This document shows positions 10,160 to 23,933 of a DNA stretch of 64,000 bases, piece by piece. The notes below the pieces were generated by a model. The model saw only the letters and a program-made list of their open reading frames with translations, ran no database searches and had not been told where the DNA came from. Origin of the DNA: Eledone cirrhosa (Eukaryota); assembly GCA_964016885.1 (NCBI GenBank), contig OZ024741.1:22320001-22384000 (forward strand). The letters run 5' to 3'. Position 1 is the stretch's first letter; every line of letters begins with the position of its first letter. The position numbers and the translations under genes are program-made.

Positions 10160-10484
10160 CTTCATTCCGTTCTAGTTGATCTTCTTTGCTGCGGACGATT
10201 CCAATTTTCTTATTGTCTGTATCTGTGTTTTTTTTAAGGTTCTTTTCTGCCTTCTGAAAATTTTCCAAAAGTATTTGGTGCTTTTTAGGAGATTCTTTTC
10301 TGTGTTTTGAAAAATTTGAATCCAGTCCATTTTTTTCATTTGAAATATTATTCCGGAGAGAACCTTTAAGTGGTGCATTATTCCAGGTAAAAATAGACAA
10401 AACTAGGATGATAGAAAACAATATACATTTTTTATAGTGGCGCTTCATCATTGCCATGTAGTGTTTAATGATTGCTGGTGACAT
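10160..10484 (-). CDS. GALNT11: First coding exon in the window of a polypeptide N-acetylgalactosaminyltransferase (GALNT11/pgant35A-like): cytoplasmic tail, type II TM helix and stem. The exon begins at 10488; candidate ATG at 10484, with alternative ATGs a few codons downstream.
   Basis: Acceptor tttgtttctgttattcAG (AG at 10490-10489). Translation MSPAIIKHYMAMMKRHYKK-CILFSIILVLSIFTW (basic tail plus hydrophobic TM)...IGIVRSKEDQLERNE-G. Donor GTTGTA at 10159, phase 1, joining the next exon in frame. Orthology is inferred from motifs only. Confidence 0.8.
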
Positions 10485-10537
10485 ACACCTGAATAACAGA
10501 AACAAAGGTGGTGTTAATTAAGTCTATTAATACAAAG

Positions 10538-13500
10538 GAACAGTGTATTGTAGTGAAACAGTGTATTATAGTGAAACAGTGTATTGTATTGAAACAGTGT
10601 ATTATAGTGAAACAGTGTATTGTAATGAAACAGTGTATTGTAGTGAAACAGTGTATTGTAGTGAAACAGGGTATCACATTGAAACAATGTATTGTAGTGA
10701 AACAGTGTATTGTATTGAAACAGTGTATTGTATTGAAACAGTGTATTGTATTGAAACAGTGTATTGTATTGAAACAGTGTATTGTATTGAAACAGTGTAT
10801 TGTATTGAAACAGTGTATTGTTGTGAAACAGTGTATTGTAGTGAAACAGTGTATTGTAGTGAAACAGTGTATTGTAGTGAAACAGTGTATTGTATTGAAA
10901 CAGTGTATTGTAGTGAAACAGTGTATTGTAGTGAAACAGTGTATTGTAGTGAAACAGTGTATTGTATTGAAACAGTGTATTGTAGTGAAACAGTGTATTG
11001 TAGTGAAACAGTGTATTGTAGTGAAACAGTGTATTGTAGTGAAACAGTGTATTGTATTGAAACAGTGTATTGTATTGAAACAGTGTATTGTAGTGAAACA
11101 GTGTATTGTAGTGAAACAGTGTATTGTAGTGAAACAGTGTATTGTAGTGAAACAGTGTATTGTATTGAAACAGTGTATTGTAGTGAAACAGTGTATTGTA
11201 GTGAAACAGTGTATTGTATTGAAACAGTGTATTGTATTGAAACAGTGTATTGTATTGAAACAGTGTATTGTATTGAAACAGTGTATTGTTGTGAAACAGT
11301 GTATTGTAGTGAAACAGTGTATTGTAGTGAAACAGTGTATTATATTGAAACAGTGTATTATATTTAAACAGTGTATTGTATTGAAACAGTGTATTATAGT
11401 GAAACAGTGTATCGTATGGAAACAGTGTATTGAAACAGTGTATTATATTTAAGCTGTATTATATTGAAACAGTGTATTATAGTGAAACAGTGTATTGTAT
11501 TGAAACAGTGTATTATATTGAAACAGTGTAATGTATTGAAACAGTGTATTGTATTGAAACAGTGTTATATTAAAACAGTGTATTGTATTGAAACAGTGTA
11601 TTGTATTGAAACAATGTATTGTATTGAAACAGTGTATTCTATTGAAACAGTGTTATATTGAAACAGTGTATTGCATTGAAACAGTGTATTATATTGTAGC
11701 AGTGTATTGTATTGAAACTGTATTATAGTGAAACAGTGTATTGTATTTAAACGGTGTATTATATTGAAACAGTGTATTATATTCAAACAGTGTAATGTAT
11801 TGAAACAGCGTATTGTATTGAAACAGTGTATTATAATGAAACAGTCTATTGTATTGAAACAGTGTATTATAGTGAAACAGTGTATGGTATGGAAACAGTG
11901 TAATGTATTGAAACAGTGTATTATAGTGAAACAGTGTATTGTAATGAAACAGTGTATTATAGTGAAACAGTGTATTGTAATGAAACAGTGTATTGTAGTG
12001 AAACAGTGTATTGTAGTGAAACAGGGTATCACATTGAAACAATGTATTGTAGTGAAACAGTGTATTGTAGTGAATCAGTGTATTGTAGTGAATCAGTGTA
12101 TTGTATTGAAACAGTGTATTGTATTGAAACAGTGTATTGTATTGAAACAGTGTATTGTATTGAAACAGTGTATTGTATTGAAACAGTGTATTGTTGTGAA
12201 ACAGTGTATTGTAGTGAAACAGTGTATTGTAGTGAAACAGTGTAATGTATTGAAACAGTGTATTATATTGAAACAGTGTATTATATTTAAACAGTGTATT
12301 ATATTTAAACAGTGTATTGTATTGAAACAGTGTATTATAGTGAAACAGTGTATCGTATGGAAACAGTGTATTGAAACAGTGTATTATATTTAAGCTGTAT
12401 TATATTGAAACACTGTATTATAGTGAAACAGTGTATTGTATTGAAACAGTGTATTATATTGAAACAGTGTAATGTATTGAAACAGTGTATTGTATTGAAA
12501 CAGTGTTATATTAAAACAGTGTATTGTATTGAAACAGTGTATTGTATTGTATTGAAACAATGTATTGTATTGAAACAGTGTATTCTATTGAAACAGTGTT
12601 ATATTGAAACAGTGTATTGCATTGAAACAGTGTATTATATTGTAGCAGTGTATTGTATTGAAACTGTATTATAGTGAAACAGTGTATTGTATTTAAACAG
12701 TGTATTATATTGAAACAGTGTATTATATTCAAACAGTGTAATGTATTGAAACAGCGTATTGTATTGAAACAGTGTATTATAATGAAACAGTCTATTGTAT
12801 TGAAACAGTGTATTATAGTGAAACAGTGTATGGTATGGAAACAGTGTAATGTATTGAAACAGTGTATTATATTGAAACAGGGCATTGTATTGAAACAGTG
12901 TATTATATTGAAACAGTGTATTATATTGAAACAGTGTATTGTATTGAAACAGTGTAATGTATTGAAACAGTGTATTTATTGAAACAGTGTATTATATTGA
13001 AACAGTGTATTATAGTGAAACAGTGTATTATAGTGAAACAGTGTATTGTATTGAAACTGTGTATTATAGTGAAACAGTGTGTTGTATTGAAACAGTGTAT
13101 TATATTGAAGCAGTGTAATGTATTGAAACAGTGTATTATATTGAAACAGTGTATTGTATTGAAACATCGTATTATAGTGAAACAGTGTATTGTATTGAAC
13201 CAGTGTATTGTAGTGAAACAGTGTAATGTATTGAAACAGTGTATTGTAGTGAAACAGTGTATTGTAGTGATACAGTGTATCATATTGAAACAGTGTATTG
13301 TATTGAAACAGTGTATTGTAGTGAAACAGTGTATGTATTGAAACAGTGTATCACATTGAAACAGTGTATTGTAGTGAAACAGTGTAATGTATTGAAACAG
13401 TGTATTGTAGTGAAACAGTTTATTGTAGTGAAACAGTGTATCAGATTGAAACAGTGTATTGTAGTGAAACAGTGTATTGTAGTGAAACAGTGTATTGTAT

Positions 13501-16500
13501 TGATACACTGTTTCACTACAATACACTGTATCAATACAATACACTGTTTCAATGTGATACACTGTTTCACTACAATACACTGTATCACATTGAAACAGTG
13601 TATTGAAACAGTGTATCGTAGTAAAAAAGTGTATCACATTGAAACAGTGTATTGTAGTGAAACAGTGTATCACATTGAAACAGTGTATTGCAGTAAAACA
13701 GTGTATCACATTGAAACAGTGTATTGTAGTGAAAAAGTGTATCACATTGAAACTGTGTATTGTAGTGAAACAGTGAATCAGATTGAAACAGTGTATTGTA
13801 TTGAAAAAGTGTATTGTATTGAAACAGTGTATTGTAGTGAAAAAGTGTATTGTATTGAAACAGTGTATTGTATTGAAACAGTGTTATATTGAAACAGTGT
13901 ATTGTATTGAAACTGTAATGTATTGAAACTTTGTATTCTATTGAAACAGTGTATTGTAGTGAAACTGTATTATATTGAAACAGTGTATTATAGTGAAACA
14001 GTGTATTGTATTAAAACAGTGTATTATATTGAAACATGGTAATGTATTGAAACAGTGTATTGTACAGAAACTGTATTATATTCAAACAGTGTAATGTATT
14101 GAAACAGTGTATTGTATTGAAACAGTGTATTATAGTGAAACAGTGTATTATAGTGAAACAGTGTGTGGTATTGAAACAGTGTTATATTGAATCAGTGTAT
14201 TGTAGTGAAACAGTGTATTGTAGTGAAACAGTGTAATGTATTGAAACAGTGCATTGTAGTGAAACAGTGTAATGTATTGAAACAGTGTATTGTAGTAAAA
14301 CAGTGTAATGTATTGAAACAGTGCATTGTAGTGAAACAGTGTAATGTATTGAAACAGCGTATTGTAGTGAAACAGTGTATTGTATTGAAGCAGTGTATCA
14401 CATTGAAACGAAAGTATTGTAGTGAAACTTTGTATTGTAGTGAAACAGTGTATTGTATTGAAACAGTGTATTGTAGTGAAACAGTGTATCACATTGAAAC
14501 AGTGTATCGTAGTGAAGCAGTGTATCACATTGAAACAGTGTATTGTAGTGAAACAGTGTATCACATTGAAACAGTGTATTATAGTGAAAAAGTGTATTGT
14601 AGTGAAAGAGTGTATCACATTGAAACAGTGTATTATAGTGAAAAAGTGTATTGTAGTGAAAGAGTGTATTATATTGAAACAGTGTATTGCAGTGAAACAG
14701 TGTATCAGATTGAAACAGTGTATTGTAGTGAAACAGTGTATTACATTGATACAGCGTATTGTAGTTAACCAGTGTATTGTAGTGAAACAGTGTATCACAT
14801 TGAAACAGTGTATTGTAGTGAAACAGTGTATTGTAGTGAAAGAGTGTATTATATTGAAACAGTGTATTGCAGTGAAACTGTATCAGATTGAAACAGTGTA
14901 TTGTAGTGAAACAGTGTATCACATTGATACAGCGTATTGTAGTGAAGCAGTGTATTGTAGTGAAACAGTGTATCACATTGAAACAGTGTATTGTAGTGAA
15001 ACAGTGTATTGTATTGAAACAGTGTATCAGATTGAAACTGTGTGTTGTAGTAAAACAGTGTATTACATTGAAACAGTGTATTGTAGTGAAACAGTGTTTC
15101 ACATTGAAACAGTGTATTGTATTGAAACAGTGTATCACATAGAAACAGTGTATTGTAGTGAAACATTGTATTATATTGAAACAGTGTAGTGTTGTGAAAC
15201 ACTGTATTACATTGAAACAGTGTATTGTATTGAAACAGTGTATCACATTGATACAGCGTATTGTAGTGAAACAGTGTATCACATTGAAACAGTGTATTAT
15301 ATTGAAACAGTGTATCAGATTGAAACAGTGTATTGTAGTAAAACAGTGTATTACATTGGAACAGTGTATTGTAGTGAAACAGTGTATCAAATTGAAACAG
15401 AGTATTGTATTGAAACAGAGTATTGTATTGAAACAGAGTATTGTATTGAAACAGTGTATTGTAGTGAAACAGTGTAACATATTGAAAGAGTTTATTGTAG
15501 TGAAACAGCGTATCACATTGAAACAGTGTATTGTATTGAAACAGTGTATTATATTGAAACAGTGTATTCTAGTGAAACAGTGTAATGTATTGAAACAGTG
15601 TATTGTAGTGAAACAGTATATTTTATTGAATAGGTGTATTGTATTGAAACAGTGTATTGTAGTGAAACAGTGTCATCATCATCATCATCATCACCGTTTT
15701 ACGTCCGTTCTTCCACGCTAGCATGGGTTAGACGGGTTGTCCTGTTGTGGGCAGTGTCTGGTCGGCTGACCATGCCTTGCTCATACAGGAACTGATCTGG
15801 CTTGATTTCTACAGCTGGATGCCCTTCCTAACACCAACCTCATTTACAGTGAGTGCTGGGTGCTTTTTCGTGGCGCCTACACGTCCACTTTACAGTGTGG
15901 GCTGGGTGCTTTTTTGCCGTGGCACCTCCACGACCACCTTGCGGTGGGGGGGGGGGGGCATATTGTTTATATGCTTCAGCATGTACCCATGGGAGGTCGG
16001 GTACCCTGTATTACTGCGTGACGCCAGAAGTCACGGTCGTGTGTCATTGACTTTGAGAGGTGTAGTTGGGTAAGGTCGGCTTTTATCACCTCATCCCAAG
16101 TCATCTTGGGTCTCCCCACTCCGCGGTTTCCATCAACATCTAGTGCTCTGCACCTTTTTATGCAGCTGTCATCCTTCATACGCATCACATGTCCATACCA
16201 GCGTAACCGCCTCTCCTGCACGCAGCATTTGATTCCTCTTATGCTCAGTCTCTCTCTCAATTCCTTTATGCTTTGTCGTTCACGTATATTACTGTTACAC
16301 ATCCATCGGAGCATGCAGGCTTCGTTTCTCTCTAATCTACGTAAGTCTTCCACCTTCAGCGCCCAGGTCTCACTACCATGCAACATCGCTGTTCGGATAC
16401 ACGCATCATACAGTCTGCCTTTCATTCTGAGGGAGAAGCCTTTTGCAGCTAGCAGTGGTAGTAGTTCCCTAAACTTCTTCCATCCCGTTCTTACCCTAGT

Positions 16501-19500
16501 TATTGTACTTTCTGAGCACCCACCTCCGTTGCTAATTCGGTCACCTAGGTAGCAGAAGCTGTCTACTGTTTCTACAGGGCCCTCCCAGAGATTAGTGGTA
16601 CTTGTTTCCTGTGGCTGTTTGCTTGCTGTTTCAGCACAGCTGCTGCATGTGAATCCTACATTCTTAATTAAGCTTCCTGAGATCCCGCTACATCTCTTGT
16701 GTACCCATTGTTTGCATTTGGGGCAGAGAATGGAGTTCCTACCTACACCTTTCCTACATACTGAGCAAGGCCATTTCCCTGAGGGGATCTGGGTTCTGTT
16801 TTCTCGTCTACTTATAAGGACCTTAGTCTTTGTCATGTTGACTTTGAGGCCCTTTCTCTCTAGTCCCTGCTTCCAGGTTTGGAATTTATTCTCTAGTTCT
16901 ACCATAGATTCAGCTATGAGTGCGAGGTCATCAGCATACAGGAGTTCCCATGGGCATCCGGTCTTAAACTCCTCCGTTATTGCCTGCAGGACTATGATGA
17001 ACAGGAGAGGGCTAAGAACAGAGCCCTGGTGGACCCCAACCTGTACGCTAAATTCCTCGCTATACTCATTGCCAATCCTAACTTTGCTGACTGCTCCCCT
17101 ATACATGGCTTGTACCGCTTTCACAAGCCATTCATCTACTCCTAGTTTTCTAAGAGCCCACCAGATTACTGCATGTGGAACTCTGTCAAAGGCTTTCTCA
17201 AGGTCGACAAATGCCAAGTAGAGTGGCTTACTTTTAGCTAGGTACTTTTCCTGTGTATTGTATTGAAACGGTGTATCACATTGAAACAGTGTATTGTAGT
17301 GAAACAGTGTATTGTAGTGAAACAGTGTATTGTATTGAAACAGTGTATCAGATTGAAACAGTGTGTTGTATTGAAACAGTGTGTTGTAGTAAAACAGTGT
17401 ATTACATTGAAACAGTGTATTGTATTGAAACAGTGTATTGTAGTGAAACAGTGTATCACATTGAAACAGTGTGTTGTATTGAAACAGTGTATTGTATTGA
17501 AACAGTGTGTTGTAGTAAAACAGTGTATCAGATTGAAACAGTGTGTTGTAGTAAAACAGTGTATTATATTCAAACAGTGTATTGTAGTGAAACAGTGTAT
17601 TGTATTGAAACAGTGTATCACATTGAAACCGTGTATTGTAGTGAAACAGTGTATCGCATTGAAACAGTGTGTTGTATTGAAACAGTGTATCACATAGAAA
17701 CAGTGTATTGTAGTGAAACATTGTATTATATTGAAACAGTGTATTGTAGTGAAACTTTGTATTGTAGCGAAACAGTGTATTGTATTGAAACAGTGTATTG
17801 TAGTGAAACAATGTATTGTAGTTAAACAGTGCATCAAATTGAAACAGTGTATTGTATTGAAACAGTGTATTGTAGTGAAAAAGTGTAATATATTGAAAGA
17901 GTGTATTATAGTGAAACAGTGTATCCCATTGAAATAGTGTATTGTATTGAAACAGTGTATTGTAGTGAAACAGTGTATCCCATTGAAATAGTGTATTGTA
18001 TTGAAACAGTGTATTGTAGTGAAACAGTGTATTGTAGTGAAACAGTGTATTGTATTGAAACAGTGTATCAGATTGAAACAGTGTGTTGTAGTAAAACAGT
18101 GTATCACAGTGAAACAGTGTATCATAGTGAAACAGTGTATCACATTGAAACAGTGTATTGTATTGAAACAGTGTATCCCATAGAAACAGTGTATTGTAGT
18201 GAAACAGTGTATCAGATTGATACAGCGTATTGTAGTGAAACAGTGTATTACATTGAAACAGTGTATTGTATTGAAACAGTGTATCAGATTGATACAGCGT
18301 ATTGTAGTGAAACAGTGTATCAGATTGAAACAGTGTATTGTAGTAAAACAGTGTATTACATTGGAACAGTGTATTGTAGTGAAACAGTGTATTGTATTGA
18401 AACAGTGTATCACATTGAAACAGTGTATTGTAGTGAAACAGTGTAACATATTGAAAGAGTGTATTGTAGTGAAACAGTGTATCAGATTGAAACAGTGTAT
18501 TGTATTGAAACAGTGTATCACATAGAAACAGTGTATTGTAGTGAAACATTGTATTATATTGAAACAGTGTATTGTAGTGAATCTGTGTATTATATTGAAA
18601 CAGTGTATTGTATTGAAACAGTGTATTATATTGAAACAGTGTATTGTATTGAAACAGTGTATTGAAACAGTGTATTATATTGAAACAATGTTTTGTATAG
18701 AAAGAGTGTAATGTTTTGAAACAGTTTATTGTAGTGAAACAGTGTATTGTATTGAAACAGTGTATTGTAGTGAAACTGTGTATTGTATTGATACAGTGTA
18801 TTGTAGTGAAACAGTGTATCGTAGTAAAACAGTGTATCACATTGACACAGTGTATTGTAGTGAAACAGTGTATCACATTGAAACAGTGTATTGTATTGAA
18901 ACAGTGTATCGTAGTAAAACAGTGTATCACATTGAAACAGTGTATTGTAGTGAAACAGTGTATCACATTGAAACAGGGTATTGTATTGAAACAGTGTATC
19001 ACATTGAAACAGTGTATTGTATTGAAACAGTGTACCACATTGAAACAGTGTATTGTAGTGAAAAAGTGTATCACATTGAAACAGTGTATTGTAGTGAAAC
19101 AGTGTATTGTATTGAAATAGTGTATTATAGTGAAACAGTGTATTTTATTGAAAAAGTTGATTGTATAGAAACAGTGTATTTTATTGAAACAGTGTATTCT
19201 ATTGAAACAGTGTAATGTATTGAAACAGTGTATTGTATTGAAACAGTGTATTATAGTGAAACAGTGTATTATAGTGAAACAGTGTGTGGTATTGAAACAG
19301 TGTTATATTAAATCAGTGTATTGTATAGAAACAGTGTATTGTAGTGAAACAGTGTATTGTAGTGAAACAGTGTAATGTATTGAAACAGTGCATTGTAGTG
19401 AAACAGTGTAATGTATTGAAACAGTGTATTGTAGTAAAACAGTGTAATGTATTGAAACAGCGTATTGTAGTGAAACAGTGTATCACATTGAAACAGTGTA

Positions 19501-22500
19501 TTGTAGTGAAACAGTGTATCACAATGAAACAGTGTATTGTAGTGAAACAGTGTATCGCATTGAAACAGTGTATTGTAGTGAAACATTGTATTATATTGAA
19601 ACAGTGTATTGTAGTGAAACTTTGTATTGTAGCGAAACAGTGTATCACGTTGAAACAGTGAATTGTATTGAAACAGTGTATCACATTGATACAGTGTATT
19701 GTAGTGAAACAGTGTATTGTAGTGAAACAGTGTATCACATTGAAACAGTGTATTGTATTGAAACAGTGTATTGTATTGAAACAATGTATTGTAGTGAAAA
19801 AGTGTAACATATTGAAAGAGTGTATTGTAGTGAAACAGTGTATCAAATTGAAACTGTGTATTATAGTGAAACAGTGTAACATATTGAAAGAGTGTATTGT
19901 GGTGAAACAGTGTATCACATTGAAACAGTGTATTGTATTGAAACAGTGTATTGTAGTGAAACAGTGTATTGTATTGAAACAGTGTATTGTAGTGAAATAG
20001 TATATTATATTGAAACAGTGTATTGTAGTGAAATAGTGTATTGTATTGAAACAGTGTATTGTAGTGAAACAGTGTATTGTATTGAAACAGTGTATTGTAG
20101 TGAAACAGTGTATTGTAGTGAAACAGTGTACTGTATTGAAACAGTGTATTGTAGTGAAAGAGTGTATTGTATTGAAAGAGTGTATTGTAGTGAAACAGTA
20201 TATTATATTGATACAGTGTATTGTAGTGAAACAGTATATTACATTGAAACAGTGTATTGTATTGAAACAGTGTATTGTAGTGAAACAGTGTATTGTATTG
20301 AAACAGTGTATTGTAGTGAAATAGTATATTATATTGAAACAGTGTATTGTAGTGAAATAGTGTATTGTATTGAAACAGTGTATTATAGCGAAACAGGGTA
20401 TTGTATTGAAACAGTGTATTGTAGTGAAACAGTGTATTGTATTGAAACAGTGTACTGTATTGGAACAGTGTATTGTAGTGAAACAGTGTATTGTAGTGAA
20501 ACAGTGTATCACAATGAAACAGTGTATTGTAGTGAAACAGTGTATCGCATTGAAACAGTGTATTGTAGTGAAACATTGTATTATATTGAAACAGTGTATT
20601 GTAGTGAAACTTTGTATTGTAGCGAAACAGTGTATCACGTTGAAACAGTGTATTGTATTGAAACAGTGTATCACATTGATACAGTGTATTGTAGTGAAAC
20701 AGTGTATTGTAGTGAAACAGTGTATCACATTGAAACAGTGTATTGTATTGAAACAGTGTATTGTATTGAAACAATGTATTGTAGTGAAAAAGTGTAACAT
20801 ATTGAAAGAGTGTATTGTAGTGAAACAGTGTATCAAATTGAAACTGTGTATTATAGTGAAACAGTGTAACATATTGAAAGAGTGTATTGTGGTGAAACAG
20901 TGTATCACATTGAAACAGTGTATTGTATTGAAACAGTGTATTGTAGTGAAACAGTGTATTGTATTGAAACAGTGTATTGTAGTGAAATAGTATATTATAT
21001 TGAAACAGTGTATTGTAGTGAAATAGTGTATTGTATTGAAACAGTGTATTGTAGTGAAACAGTATATTATATTGAAACAGTGTATTGTAGTGAAACAGTG
21101 TACTGTATTGAAACAGTGTATTGTAGTGAAAGAGTGTATTGTATTGAAACAGTGTATTGTAGTGAAACAGTATATTATATTGATACAGTGTATTGTAGTG
21201 AAACAGTATATTATATTGAAACAGTGTATTATAGCGAAACAGGGTATTGTATTGAAACAGTGTATTGTAGTGAAACAGTGTATTGTATTCAAACAGTGTA
21301 CTGTATTGGAACAGTGTATTGTAGTGAAACAGTGTATTGTATTGAAACAGTATATTTTATTGATACAGTGTATTATAGTGAAACAGTGTATTGTATTGAA
21401 ACAGTGTATTGTAGTGAAACAGTATATTATATTGAAACAGTCTATTATAGCAAAACAGTGTATTGTATTGAAACAGTGTATTGTAGTGAAACAGTGTATT
21501 GTATTGAAACAGTGTATTGTAGTGAAACTGTGTATTATATTGAAACAGTGTATTGTATTGAAACTGTGTATTATATTGAAACAGTGTATTGTATTGAAAC
21601 AGTGTAATGTATTGAAACAGTGTAATGTATTGAAACGGTGTATTATATTGAAACAGTGTATTGTATTGAAACAGTGTATTATATTGACACAGTGTATTAT
21701 AGTGAAACAGTGTATTGTATAGAAACTGTGTAATATATTGAAACAGTGTATTGTATTGAAACAGTGTAATGTATTGAAACAGTGTAATGTATTGCAATAG
21801 TGTATTATATTGAAAAAAGTTTTGTATTGAAACAGTGTATTGTATAGAAACTGTATTATATTCAAACAGTGTAATGTATTGAAACAGTGTATTGTAGTGA
21901 AACAGTGTGTTGTATTGAAACAGTGTATTGTAGTGAAACAGTGTATCACATTGAAACAGTGTATCAAATTGAAACAGCGTATAGTAGTGAAACAGTGTAT
22001 TGTATTGAAACAGTGTATTGTAGTGAAACAGTGTATCACATTGAAACAGTGTATGGTATTGAAACAGTGTATTGTAGTGAAACAGCGTATTGTAGTGGAA
22101 CAGTGTATCGCATTGAAACAGTGTATCAAATTGAAAAATTGTATTGTAGTGAAACAGTGTATCACATTGAAACAGCGTATTGTAGTGAAACAGCGTATCA
22201 CATTGAAACAGTGTATTGTATTGAAACAGTGTATCACATTGAAACAGTGTATTATAGTGAAACAGTGTATTATATTGAAACAGTGTATTGTATTGAAACA
22301 GTGTATGATATTGAAACAGTGTATTATATTAAAACAGTGTATTATATTGAAACAGTCTATTATATTGAAACAGTGTATTGTATTGAAACAGTGTATTATA
22401 TTGAAACAGTGTATTGTATTGAACCAGTGTATTATATTGAAACAGTGTATTGTATTGAATCAGTGTATTATATTGAAACAGTGTATTGTATTGAAACAGG

Positions 22501-23920
22501 GTATTATATATAAACAGCACAGTGTATTGTATTGAAACAGTGTTGTATTGAAACAGTGTATTGTATTGAAACGGTGTTATATTGAAAAAGCGTATTGTTT
22601 TGAAACAGTGTATTATATATAAACAGTGTAATGCATTGAAACGGTGTATTATATTGAAATGGTGTATTGTATTGAAACAGTGTATTGTATTGAAAAAGTG
22701 TATTGTATTGAAACAGTGTATTGTACTGAAACAGTGTAATGTATTGAAACAGTGTATTGTATTGAAACAGTGTATTGTATTTAAACAGTGTATTGTATTG
22801 AAACAGTGTATTGTATTGAAACAGTGTATTGTATTGAAACAGTGCATTATAGTGAAACAGTTTAATGTATTGAAACAGTGTATTATATTGAAACAGTGTA
22901 TTGTATTACAACAGTGTATTATAGTGAAATTGTAGTGAAACAGTGTATTATAATGAAACAGTGTAATATATTGAAACAGTGTATTGTAGTGAAACAGTGT
23001 ATTGTATTGTAACAGTGTATTGTATTGACACAGTGTTATATTGAAACAGTGTATTGTAGTGAAACAGTGTATTATAATGAAACAGTGTATTATATTGAAA
23101 CAGCGTGTTATATTGAAACAGTGCATTATATTGAAACAGTGTATTATATTGAAACAGTGTATTGTATTAAAAGAGTGTATTTATTTAAGTAGTGTATTAT
23201 ATTGAAACAGTGTATTGTATTGAACCAGTGTATTGTATTGAAACAGTGTATTATATTGAAACCGTGTAATGTATTGAAACAGCATATTATATTGAAACAG
23301 TGTATTGTATTGAAACAAAACAGTGTATTGTATTTAAACAGTGTATTGTATTGAAACAGTATTTTATTGAAACAGTGTATTCTATTGAAACAGTGTATTG
23401 TATTGGAACAGTGTATTGTATTGAAACAGTGTATTATATTGAAACAAAGCAGTGTATTGTATTGAAACAGTGTATTGTATTGAAACAGTGTATTGTATTG
23501 AAACAGTATTTTGTTTTGAAACAGTGTTATATTGAAACAGTGTATTGTTTTGAAACAGTGTATTGTTTTGAAACAGTGTATTATATTGAAACTGTATTGT
23601 ATTGAAACAGTGTATTGTATTGAAACAGTGCTATATTGAAACAGTGTATTGTTTTGAAACAGTGTATTATATTGAAACAGTGTATTGTATTGAAACAGTG
23701 TTATATATTGAAAAAGTGTAATATATTGAAACGGTGTATTGTATTGAATGAGTGTTATATTGAAACAGGGTATTGAAAGAGTGTATTGTTTAGAAACAGT
23801 GTATTATATTGAAACAGTGTATTGTATTGAAACAGTGTATTGTATTGAAACAGTGTATTGTATTGAAACAGTGTTATAATGAAGCAGTGTGTTGTATTGA
23901 AACAGTGTAATATTAAAACA
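10538..23920. repeat. 18-bp satellite array, consensus GAAACAGTGTATTGTA(G/T)T, roughly 650 units, interrupted by a LINE
   Basis: Directly visible tandem 18-mers. Common variants are TATTATATT, TATCACATT, TAATGTATT and TATCAGATT. Explains all KQCIVV/ETVYC/HCFTTI/YNTLF ORFs. Confidence 0.99.
15674..17253 (-). mobile_element. Young 5'-truncated RTE-clade LINE inserted in the 18-bp satellite (uninterrupted RT frame 17253-15976, 3'UTR, (TGA)n tail)
   Basis: QEKYLAKSKPLYLAFVDLEKAFDRVP...GVHQGSVLSPLLF...LLYADDLALIA...FCYLGD...RRLRWYGHVMRM...GRPKMTW: about 425 codons with no stop. (CAT)7 at 15674-15693 on the plus strand. Satellite resumes on both sides. Confidence 0.97.
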
Positions 23921-23933
23921 TCTTGGAGTAACA

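Noticed and set aside
16106-17221. Plus-strand ORFs of 148 and 208 aa
   Set aside because: Antisense shadows of the RT reading frame.
15976-19074. 1032-aa satellite-RT fusion protein
   Set aside because: Chance in-frame join of a stop-free satellite frame to a 5'-truncated LINE. It lacks the endonuclease and the RT N-terminus, and nothing indicates expression.
10465-23605. Cys/Tyr-rich ORFs (KQCIVV, ETVYC, HCFTTI, YNTLF) as metallothionein- or keratin-like proteins
   Set aside because: They are open in four frames on both strands at once, which is an artefact of the 18-bp unit.
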